Shown: in pieces, positions 47,610 to 56,386 of the stretch
Position numbering within the stretch: the stretch's first letter is position 1
Layout of the letters: every line of letters begins with the position of its first letter
IMG/VR virus record: IMGVR_UViG_3300027983_002389
Strand: one strand, 5' to 3'
DNA length: 64,000 nt
From: a virus
Lineage: Duplodnaviria; Caudoviricetes
The notes under the pieces: model-generated
The model's database searches: none
What the model saw: only the letters and a program-made list of their open reading frames with translations
Told to the model about the DNA's origin: nothing
Made by a program: the position numbers and the translations under genes

Positions 47610-48386
47610 ATGAGAATCGCATCTGAATTCCACGATTACTATGATGTTGGCATGGCTGAAGGTCAGGATCAATCCTTGATCTATCAGCGATACCCTATCG
47701 TAGAAGAATGGGAGAATAACTATCCGTTCGTTTCAATGTATTCTGGTTACAGCCTGAATATACGATCTCTTTACGTTCGGTCTTATACCATTGGTTTCTG
47801 CGGCAAAATGTATAAGCTGTTGGAACTCAATACTTTGGAGAATGCTGCTCGTCTCGACAAAGAAGGTCGATTCACTCGTAATTGGGCATATAACTTGCGA
47901 GACGTTGACGCCTATATTCGTCACCATTATCCAAAGCAATTTTCTGATTACTTAGAGAAGAATTGGAGACGAGGCAACGGTTGGTCTGGTGGACAACGGC
48001 AAAGTGCATTCGATTCATTCTTCAATGGTCGTCCTCGCAACCAATGGGATCGTAATCCAACTCAAGATGATAGGAGTGAAGAGTGGCGGCGAAGTTGGTT
48101 TGAGAAGCATCGCAGTCCGGTGTTTGTGGCTGAATATTCTACTGGTAGAATTACTTACAATGCCCAACTGAAGCCATTCGAGTTTTATCGAGTGTTTGAC
48201 CCGTATCAGGCTTATCAGGAAGTCGCTATGTGGCTTTCTAACCAAGCCGTGCCGATCAAACCCATCCCGGAAATGTCGGATGAAATCAAGGCTGAGAGCA
48301 AAGGTTTCAATAAGTTTAGTTTTCGCAAAGACCCAAGCAGTAAAAAGCGAAAACCCAGGGGGCTGCACGGTGAGTCTGATCGGTAA
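47610..48386 (+). CDS. conserved-looking phage hypothetical protein
   Basis: MRI.S.F.DYYD...DPYQAYQE...GF.K.SFRK. Confidence 0.75.
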   Translation: MRIASEFHDYYDVGMAEGQDQSLIYQRYPIVEEWENNYPFVSMYSGYSLNIRSLYVRSYTIGFCGKMYKLLELNTLENAARLDKEGRFTRNWAYNLRDVDAYIRHHYPKQFSDYLEKNWRRGNGWSGGQRQSAFDSFFNGRPRNQWDRNPTQDDRSEEWRRSWFEKHRSPVFVAEYSTGRITYNAQLKPFEFYRVFDPYQAYQEVAMWLSNQAVPIKPIPEMSDEIKAESKGFNKFSFRKDPSSKKRKPRGLHGESDR

Positions 48387-48435
48387 GGCGCAAGTCGCTC
48401 CGATTAAATTGAGGGTTCGATTCCCTCCAACTCCA
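48359..48435 (+). ncRNA. mini tmRNA-TLD-like RNA
   Basis: GGGGCTG/CAACTCC-A with G3:U70; no D stem; TGATCGG/CCGATTA; GAGGG-TTCGATT-CCCTC. Confidence 0.55.
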
Positions 48436-49160
48436 TTATGAATACTGAAAAACCAGCCGAAGGCATCCGTGGATTCTTCCTTTACAGCCCGTCCTTAGAT
48501 CGAAATTTCTTCCGTGTGTATGGAGAAGTCGATCCGGCAACGGGCCGCAAGTCGTTTACCGATTATACAGTATGCGCTGAAGATATAGAAGTTACGTTAG
48601 AGGCAAGCGGTTTGTCCCTATATGAAGGCGATAAAAACCGTTTAGATTGGTCTAGTCGTGTTTTAGGGAAAGATGACAAAGACCATTTGGATGTAACGAT
48701 TTCATGAAAAAATGTTGGAGAATTTGGTGCAAGACAATGGGCAGTCGCATTAGCGACGATGATTTTGAAGCTGATGTGGCGTCAATCATCAGAACATTCT
48801 TTTGGATATTGAATGTCGTCACTTGTGGTTTCATTATCGCCAATTGCATTCGTCACTGGTAATTTGATTTTGTTTACTCTTTTATTGTGTCCCTAAGATA
48901 CAATAAAATGAGGAACAAAATCATGGACAAAGAATACGCACGAGCCGTTTCCAATTTCGAGCAAGCAGGCGCACACCTGGGCAACTTCGCCACACTACTA
49001 TTCACGTACCACAAAGCGTTATGTGATTCCGGCTTCCAGAGAGACGAGGCATTGGAATTAGTACGGGAACTCCAAACTACCTTATTTGCACAGGCTTTCA
49101 ATTTTGGACCACAGAGCCAACAAGATGACGACGACTAATTGGAATGGATTGGAGGACAAA

Positions 49161-49418
49161 ATGAGCGATTGTGATATAGCTCAATTCAAAAGAATAAGCA
49201 TTCCATTGGTGAGGAGAATATATCCTCAGCTTATTGCCAACAACATTGTCAGTGTTCAGCCTCTCGCTGGTCCGTCAATTTTGCCACACTACATTCGTCA
49301 CCAGTATTCTCAGAACAAAGAGTCTCCCATCAACAACGATGAATGGATCATCAAGTCAAAGAAGAAAAAGATTTGGCGAGACATCGACGATGTTTGGGAG
49401 TCTTCCCAGCAAAATTGA
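49161..49418 (+). CDS. small protein containing a T4 gp23-like (Gol-region) capsid segment
   Basis: GGAGG SD; ISIPLVRRIYPQLIANNIVSVQPLAGPS. Confidence 0.7.
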   Translation: MSDCDIAQFKRISIPLVRRIYPQLIANNIVSVQPLAGPSILPHYIRHQYSQNKESPINNDEWIIKSKKKKIWRDIDDVWESSQQN

Positions 49419-49472
49419 GAATAGGTCGAACCTTTTGGGATTTACACTCTCTAGGAATTTAGGAGAAATATC

Positions 49473-49877
49473 ATGGCAGTAAAACAAGTTATCGTCTGGC
49501 GACACGATTTGGGTTGCCGACTCGGAAAGAAAATGGCCCAAGCAGGACACGCTGCTCTGGCCGACCTGTCGAATACCATTCGTGACAATGTTGATGCTGA
49601 AGGTAATGTATCCTTCAAGTTGACACCTGCTCAGTTTGAGTGGTATTTGACGAATTTTCGCAAGATCGTGCTTCGGGTGGATAGTGAGGCCGATTTGTTG
49701 CTTCTGTATCAGCGGGCGCAAGAATTAGGCTTGCCCGTAGAACTCATTATTGACAGCGGTTTGACCGAGTGGGATCAGCCTACCAAGACCTGTCTTGCCA
49801 TCGGTCCAGAGCAAGAATCCAAGATTGATGAACTGACTGGCGAAAATGGTCCTTTAGGGCGATTGAAGTTAATGTGA
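49473..49877 (+). CDS. pth2: peptidyl-tRNA hydrolase, Pth2 type
   Basis: KQVIV.R.DL...GK..AQ.GHA, KIVL.V, I.DSGLTE, TCLAIGP. Confidence 0.92.
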   Translation: MAVKQVIVWRHDLGCRLGKKMAQAGHAALADLSNTIRDNVDAEGNVSFKLTPAQFEWYLTNFRKIVLRVDSEADLLLLYQRAQELGLPVELIIDSGLTEWDQPTKTCLAIGPEQESKIDELTGENGPLGRLKLM

Positions 49878-49886
49878 CTTTACTGA

Positions 49887-50414
49887 ATGGTTGGTTTTGT
49901 GGTATATAATGCAACCATGATTACAATATTAGTCTTTTCTCTGCTCTCCATCGGATTGGCGTATTATTGCTTGCACCTACGGTCTTCAAGGAATGCTTTA
50001 CAGCAAAAACTTTCCGTGGTAGAATTAACCGTGGTCGATCAACAAGACGCTTTGCGTGAGTTTGGAGAGCGTTTGAACAAAGTAGAAGCCGCTCAAGTAG
50101 AAGAACTGTCGCAAGATCAGATCGACTACAGAGATCAGCTTCAAGCTCAATACGCCGTTATATTCAAGCAGATCGAAGACAACATGAAAAGTAATCTGAA
50201 GTCGGCTCGTGCCGAAACTTCAGACTTGGTGAAGAAGAGTCGTGTTGAATTCGACAAGAAATTGAAAGATGAGTTCGACAAAGCCTGTGAACAAATCAAG
50301 TTCAATGAAGTCGAATACAAGAGGACCATCACCAAAAAACGGAAAGAATTCAGTCGCAAAAATGCAAAGAACGCCAAACCTCAGAGGGTGTGGCGATACA
50401 TAGATGAAGAGTAA
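49887..50414 (+). CDS. membrane-anchored coiled-coil protein
   Basis: N-terminal TM, heptad pattern, C-terminal WRYIDEE. Confidence 0.65.
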   Translation: MVGFVVYNATMITILVFSLLSIGLAYYCLHLRSSRNALQQKLSVVELTVVDQQDALREFGERLNKVEAAQVEELSQDQIDYRDQLQAQYAVIFKQIEDNMKSNLKSARAETSDLVKKSRVEFDKKLKDEFDKACEQIKFNEVEYKRTITKKRKEFSRKNAKNAKPQRVWRYIDEE

Positions 50415-50485
50415 CTCTTAACTTGAACGCAGAGGAAAAAATGGGTCTTTAGATACACGAAAGGAACCATCAACCGGAGGTCAGT

Positions 50486-51100
50486 ATGTCATTAGCACAG
50501 AGAAAAGTCTTAGTTTTGAACAAGTCGTGGACTGCCATTGGCGTCGTTACGTTGGAGAAGGCACTCAAAAAAGTCGCTGGAACCTACAAAGACGGCACGC
50601 CGAAGGCACGCATCATCGACGCACTTCACGACTTTGCTATGCTGACCTGGGATGATTGGGCCAAACTCCGTCCAGATGAAAACGAGCCAGCAATGCGTTC
50701 TGTGAACGCATTGTTCCGTATTCCTGAAGTTATCCAATACACTCGGTACGACAAGCTGCCGACGCAGAAGGTCCACTACAACCGTAGAACCATCTATCGT
50801 CGTGACGGCAACCTCTGTCAGTATTGTGGAAAGCAAAAGCCGGGCAGCGAATTGTCGTTGGACCACGTTGTCCCACGATGCCAAGGTGGTTTGACCACTT
50901 GGGAAAATATCGTTGTGGCTTGCACCGACTGCAATGCAAAGAAGGCAGGTCGTACTCCGAAGGAAGCTAACATGAAGTTGCTCTCTGTGCCTAAGAGGCC
51001 AAAGCACAACTTCTTTCCTGGTGATATTCGGGTTAAGTCCTGGGAGTCATTTCTCGGTGAAGCGTACTGGCTCACAGAGCTACAACACGACGGCGACTAG
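50486..51100 (+). CDS. HNH endonuclease (McrA/HNH_5-like)
   Basis: VLVLN, RD...CQYCG, DHVVPR..GG...WEN.V.AC..CN..K. Confidence 0.9.
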   Translation: MSLAQRKVLVLNKSWTAIGVVTLEKALKKVAGTYKDGTPKARIIDALHDFAMLTWDDWAKLRPDENEPAMRSVNALFRIPEVIQYTRYDKLPTQKVHYNRRTIYRRDGNLCQYCGKQKPGSELSLDHVVPRCQGGLTTWENIVVACTDCNAKKAGRTPKEANMKLLSVPKRPKHNFFPGDIRVKSWESFLGEAYWLTELQHDGD

Positions 51101-51117
51101 ATGCCTGTGGATTAAAC

Positions 51118-51160
51118 AAAAGCCTTTGGCGTGTGGCGACATGCGACAAAGGCTTTTTTT
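51118..51160 (+). terminator. intrinsic terminator
   Basis: AAAAGCCTTTG...CAAAGGCTTTTTTT. Confidence 0.8.
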
Positions 51161-51565
51161 GTCGGAGTCACAAATGTTCAATGTTGAGTACATGACGAAC
51201 AATTACCGGACATTAGAAGCACTACGACATGAGTTTGGCATCAAGCATGGTTTTTGTTACAAGCGGGCGCAACATTACAAAGACTGCATTGTCATCCATT
51301 GGAAGCATCGAAAAAAGCGATCCGACAAGAGCTTTATTGACTATGAACGCATCAGCGACTACGTTGCTGTGGCTCATGCGGTGTGTGACAAATACGAACT
51401 GCGGGACGATAGGCATCCCTTGTTAGATCCCGATTTGATGTTGGCTAAGATCGGCATCTATTGTTTTATTTCCTGGCATCGTACTTGGGCAATTCCCAAT
51501 GTCAACAAAGACGTGCAAGATTTCGTCTTGAGTAAACTGCCCGATTGGGCTGAGGTAAGACACAA

Positions 51566-52789
51566 ATGATTCGTCCAATCCCACTCGCTCATGGCGTCGG
51601 GTTTTTCTCAATGGATCGTTTGCCGCAATATGCTGGCAAGTATCGTGAGGAAAATGTGGGTCGCTATTGGAACTACTATGTCACGCCAGAGTGCCAAGAG
51701 TGGCCAGAGGCGGTGACGTACAAAGGTCCGTATGTGATTGACGGGTTTTCCCCCAATCTCAATAAGAGCCTGCACGTCGGGCATCTACGTCAATTGGCTT
51801 TGGCAAAGTCTTTGGAGAGCATTATGAACCATGCTCAACAAAATCCTCACGCCAAGTTTGTATCCCTATTGGGCGCATCTCAGGGAGTTTTTCAATACGC
51901 TACTGAGCAACTGAATGGTTGGTTCGACTTCTTGAACTTCCATCCTGAATTGCACTATGACGTATTGATGCCACGAGATCAGGAGATCGTTCCTCGTTAC
52001 AAAACCAAGGTGCCAGTCTCTATCTCAACTGACTTTAACGGTAAGCCTTTTGAACATGAGGAAGAGTGTGAAGTGTGGGCCGGTCCCAAAGGGCCTGTGA
52101 TCGTCGTTCGTTGGGATGGTCGTCCTTTGTATGCCTTTCAGGACATTGCCTTCTCGAAGGTGGTGGGTCCAACTCACTACATCACTGGCACGGAGCAGCA
52201 GGAGCATTTTGCCAACCTGGGGCTTGGCGATAAACATCTGCCTATGGGTCTTGTATTGGGTGCTGACGGCAAGAAGATGAAGTCTCGTACTGGCGATAGT
52301 GTCACAGCTAAAGAAGTATTGGATCAGATTGTTTCTCAGCTTGATCCAACAGATGAACCGAACAAGCTGGCGTGGAATGTATTGGCGTGGAATTTTCTTC
52401 ACGTCGCTCGTTCCAAGTCGGTGAAGTATACCCCGGAAGAATGGACAAAGTCGGATGCTCCGGGCATGTATATTTCGTATACTTATGCTCGCATTCAATC
52501 GGCTTTGGCTGGAGAGTCTTTTGAAGAAGGCGATCTGACACAATCAGATGCAGATTTGTTGGGCTTGGCTCGTCAGCACGCCTACGCCTTGCAGCGTAGC
52601 ATTGATTCTCTCGATCCGGCAATGTTGGCAAATTACGCTTACGATCTGGCATCCAAGCTGGGTACGGCATATCATGGGGAAAAGATCAAGGGTGGACGCC
52701 CAGGCTTTAAGAACGCCTTGATGCAAGCGGTGTGGCATCTTCGTTTGTGTATGCACCAACTTGGCATGTTTCCTTTGGAGAAGATTTAA
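51566..52789 (+). CDS. argS: reduced arginyl-tRNA synthetase
   Basis: FSPNLNK.LHVGHLR, EQ..HF, KMKSRTG, Y..YTYARI.S, DALR-like C-terminus. Confidence 0.85.
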   Translation: MIRPIPLAHGVGFFSMDRLPQYAGKYREENVGRYWNYYVTPECQEWPEAVTYKGPYVIDGFSPNLNKSLHVGHLRQLALAKSLESIMNHAQQNPHAKFVSLLGASQGVFQYATEQLNGWFDFLNFHPELHYDVLMPRDQEIVPRYKTKVPVSISTDFNGKPFEHEEECEVWAGPKGPVIVVRWDGRPLYAFQDIAFSKVVGPTHYITGTEQQEHFANLGLGDKHLPMGLVLGADGKKMKSRTGDSVTAKEVLDQIVSQLDPTDEPNKLAWNVLAWNFLHVARSKSVKYTPEEWTKSDAPGMYISYTYARIQSALAGESFEEGDLTQSDADLLGLARQHAYALQRSIDSLDPAMLANYAYDLASKLGTAYHGEKIKGGRPGFKNALMQAVWHLRLCMHQLGMFPLEKI

Positions 52790-53648
52790 TGGATGCTGAA
52801 CAACGTGAATCCGATCAGCGAGCTATTGCCACTGAAAGGAAAATGACTGACTCTGATTTTCTTCAGACTATGGCTCGCATGGATTTGTTGATCGACCATG
52901 AACCCGACACTACTTGCGGCATGTGCCATCACCAATTCGTGATGGCACAGGTCGCTCGTGATATGATCGCTGCGGGTGAGACGGACGACGTTATCAAGAA
53001 GTGGTCCGAAGTAGCTGAAAGTCGTTGGCGGTCGTCCAAATTTGTCCAGCTTTGGAATGAAGCTGTTGCCGATAACAAAGACCCTAATACAGTCTTTGAG
53101 GAACGTGGTTGGGAGCCTTAAAATGTCAATCGAAGAAGGTCCGTGGACTCCAAAGCCTCTGATCATGACCATTGAGTCATTGGTTGCCTATGGCTTCAAA
53201 GAATGGCCTGTCAATCAACATGATAAACATGATCGCAATTGGCAGTTTTGCAAAAGAGACGAGCGGGGAAAGAAGCTCTTTGTGACGATTCAATTATGGG
53301 CATTTAGCAAATACAGTAATGCTGATCGAAAGGTTGAAGATTCTTTCGCCGCCGATTCTAGCTTTGACATGAATGGACCCAAAACATTCAATGTCAACAC
53401 AAACGTTAATTACATGACGCCTGCTCAAGTTGTCGAATGGTTTGAGCGTATGCACACCATAATGGGGTGTACATATTATGAACTATATGCTGATGAGCAA
53501 TATAATGAAGATGGCGAAAAAACTTCATTCAATTGTGATGAATGTGGAATATATTTGCCCCCTGAAGATGCAGTTGCTCCATTTCTTTGTCCTAGTTGCA
53601 AGTACCAGAAGGACACTGGCTTTAAGCAAGTGACTCGTCGCTTTCGTC

Positions 53649-54222
53649 CTAAACGTCGATAAATCGTTCGTAGCCTTCTTGTCGATGTATTAGTGTTTGC
53701 TTGTGGACTATTTCGATTTCATCTTTTACAAGATCGCTTTTGATGAAAATCAGATCATGGCCAACATATTCCACCAAAGTATATCCTTTGTGTTTTCCTA
53801 GTTTTCTCATTGCTTCAAACGAAGCACCATATGCTACATCTCCTGTCCATCTGTGTTCAGAGTCGTATTTCAGAGCTACGCATTCTGTGGTGAAATTAGC
53901 GTTGAATTCAATGATTACCATTCTTGGATTGTGATTTAACGCTTTCCATACCGATAGATAAAAGATCAAATTCGGGTGGTATTTTATATTTTGAAAATAT
54001 ATCGTTTATGTTTTCTTGGTTGATCGCTTCTTGATGCACGTCATTTGAAGCGACCAAATCAAATTGGATTAACGACCATCCTAATGACTCAAACATTCGT
54101 ATATTTGAATATTCCCAGCCATCGGCAGCACCAAACTCAACAGCTATTTTGTTTGTAGTGCCGATTTTATCGAACCATTTTTGGGATAATAAATCTAGGT
54201 TTGATCTCGAATAACTTTTCAT
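53649..54222 (-). pseudogene. FkbM-like methyltransferase broken by internal deletion and frameshift
   Basis: VEFGAADG...FDLLSI in one frame, VWKAL..PR...IEFN in another; the usual DIDGNDY segment is missing. Confidence 0.65.
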
Positions 54223-54297
54223 TTTCCGCCCTTTACAAAAACTTTTTTTCATGCTATGATAGATAAGTTCAGCAAACCTTTTTTTGGAGAAACTACT

Positions 54298-55165
54298 GTG
54301 AGTAAGAGCAAGACTAAGCACAAAATGTACGCAACTGGCAGCACTGGCAGCACTGGCAGCACTGGCAGCACTGGCAGCACTGGCAGCACTGGCAGCACTG
54401 GCAACAACTCGGCGTCGGGCTGTCTTTAGCAATCCAACCACTCTCCTCCTCGAACTTCATGGCGGGGAAGGCGGCGAAGATTCTAAGTTATTCGTTGCCG
54501 ATTTACTTGAAACCTATCTCAAATATGCTTCCATCAACGGCCTTAAATACGAAGTATTGACCCAAGAGCATGGCCACGCCATTGCCAAAGTCATGGGCAA
54601 GGGCGTTTGGAAAGCATTTCAAAACGAGCCGGGTAAGCACGTCGTGCAACGTGTACCTCCCACTGAGCGAAGTGGTCGTCGGCAAACATCCATCATTACG
54701 GTTGCTGTGATGCCGTTGCCTCCTGAGAACACTCAGGAGCCGCTTGATGAAAAAGACCTGAATATTATCTGCCAGACGGGCAAGCAAGGCGCAGGTGGAC
54801 AAAACGTCAACAAGGTGGCGTCTGCTGTTCGCATGAAGCATAAGCCAACTGGAATGATGGTCTTCATTAACGGACGAGATCAAAAGCAAAATCTTGATGA
54901 GGCTTTGCGAATTCTGACCTTCAAAGTCAATGAGCAAAAACGACTCAAGGTCGAGGGTGATTACAATCAGTCTCGGAGAACTCAAATGTTGAGTGGTGGA
55001 GACAGAATTGGCGGTAGAGGCGATAAAGTTCGCACCTACAACTTCATTCAGTCTCGTGTGGTCGATCACAGGCTTGGTCGCAAGACCTCGAACGTCAAAG
55101 AATTCATGAAAGGCAATTTTGCCCTTCTGTTTGATGGGGATACCGCAGGTCAGGGCGAAGAGTAA
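54298..55165 (+). CDS. RF1-type class I release factor, expressed via putative +1 frameshift at 54424-54430
   Basis: LE...GEGGEDS.LF, VQRVPPTE..GRR.TS (PxT), GAGGQNVNK, KVRTYNF; GGAGA SD and GTG 54298 are in a different frame. Confidence 0.85.
54334..54403 (+). repeat. (ACTGGCAGC)n, about 7.8 copies, in-frame TGS repeat
   Basis: Direct reading. Confidence 0.95.
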
Positions 55166-55213
55166 TTTGTAAAATTTCGTGGTAGCTTAATTTTAGCTTA
55201 ATTGAGCCGATCT

Positions 55214-55250
55214 AATGAGCCGATCTACGGATAGATCGGCTCATTTTGTT
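55214..55250 (+). terminator. intrinsic terminator
   Basis: AATGAGCCGATCTA-CGGA-TAGATCGGCTCATTTTGTT. Confidence 0.8.
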
Positions 55251-55262
55251 CCTATATAACAC

Positions 55263-56027
55263 ATGCTTAATTTCAAATCCTGGTTGGAAGGTTCTTTAAG
55301 GGACATTATTCAGCCCATTCAGCAATCTCCAAAACATCACGCAGAGGGTGATGTTTTTGTCCATACTCGCATGGTGCGTCAACAGCTTCAATCTGCTATT
55401 GCTTATTTTCAGCAATTGGCTGTGGACAAAGATTCAGTTTTTGGAAACTTAGACAGACAACTATCACCAGCAGATGTAAATCTATTGAGAATTGGAGCAT
55501 GGCTACACGATATTGGCAAAGCATCGGCGACGACAGATGATTCTGGTAAAATCCAAGCAATTGGACATGAACAGCCTGCTCATTTTGAGCCTATGATGAA
55601 AAAACTAGGCTCACCTTGGCAGCAGATGTATGAAAAGGCATCTGCTGAAGACAAAGAAGACTTGTGGTTCATAATCCAGCAACACATGAGCCTTCAGCCG
55701 CATTTTCCACGCAAATTTTTGCGTCAACTCCTGGATGCTACTGGTAAATTCAAAAATGATCGTCGAGTCAAATTATTGTTGATTTTAATCATGATGGACC
55801 AATCTGGCAGAATTAGTCTGGGAGGACTCAATGGCGATGCGGCCCTTCCTGAAATAGCTGGCAGGATGCGACAATCTGCGATGGACTTTCAATCTACAAT
55901 CAAACCACAGAAAGAAAAGTCATCTGATGATCCAACCACATTTGCCAATGATTTGATGACGAAGGGATTGGACCAAGGAACAATACGCAAGGCGTATTTT
56001 GGCAAGTTTGGACAAAACATGCAGTAA
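55263..56027 (+). CDS. HD-domain phosphohydrolase (type found in RNA end-healing / CCA enzymes)
   Basis: Q.P.HH.EGDV..HT.MV, WLHDIGK, GHE, HM, D..GR. Confidence 0.8.
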   Translation: MLNFKSWLEGSLRDIIQPIQQSPKHHAEGDVFVHTRMVRQQLQSAIAYFQQLAVDKDSVFGNLDRQLSPADVNLLRIGAWLHDIGKASATTDDSGKIQAIGHEQPAHFEPMMKKLGSPWQQMYEKASAEDKEDLWFIIQQHMSLQPHFPRKFLRQLLDATGKFKNDRRVKLLLILIMMDQSGRISLGGLNGDAALPEIAGRMRQSAMDFQSTIKPQKEKSSDDPTTFANDLMTKGLDQGTIRKAYFGKFGQNMQ

Positions 56028-56386
56028 CACACTCCTTTGATTTTACCAGCTTCAAAGGAGCATATTATGTGGTTAGAATTAGGCAAAGAACGACCGGGCG
56101 GTGTCCCTCAGAACAATCCACGAATTTGGGTCAACACAGACCATATTGTTCGTGTAGAATTTACCCAAGAAGGTCCAATGTTGACCGCTACGGTTATTTC
56201 AACGAAACCGGGTGGTTCAGATCGCACGATCTTCAAGGGCGACGATGCAGAGCGATTGAGACTGGCATTAAATGTTGAGTGCAATTGGAAGCCATTGCTC
56301 GACTATGAAATTCCAGCAGCCCCAGAATCAGTGCCGGTGGTTGTAGAAAAGAAGCCGAACAAAAAGACCAAGTAAGGGAATCGGAC

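Noticed and set aside
53649-54222. Third programmed frameshift in the minus-strand methyltransferase
   Set aside because: The conserved DIDGNDY-type segment is missing at the junction, which indicates a deletion pseudogene.
53908-54441. Poly-(SAA) N-terminal extension on the minus strand
   Set aside because: It is antisense to the RF leader repeat; the more plausible start is ATG 54222.
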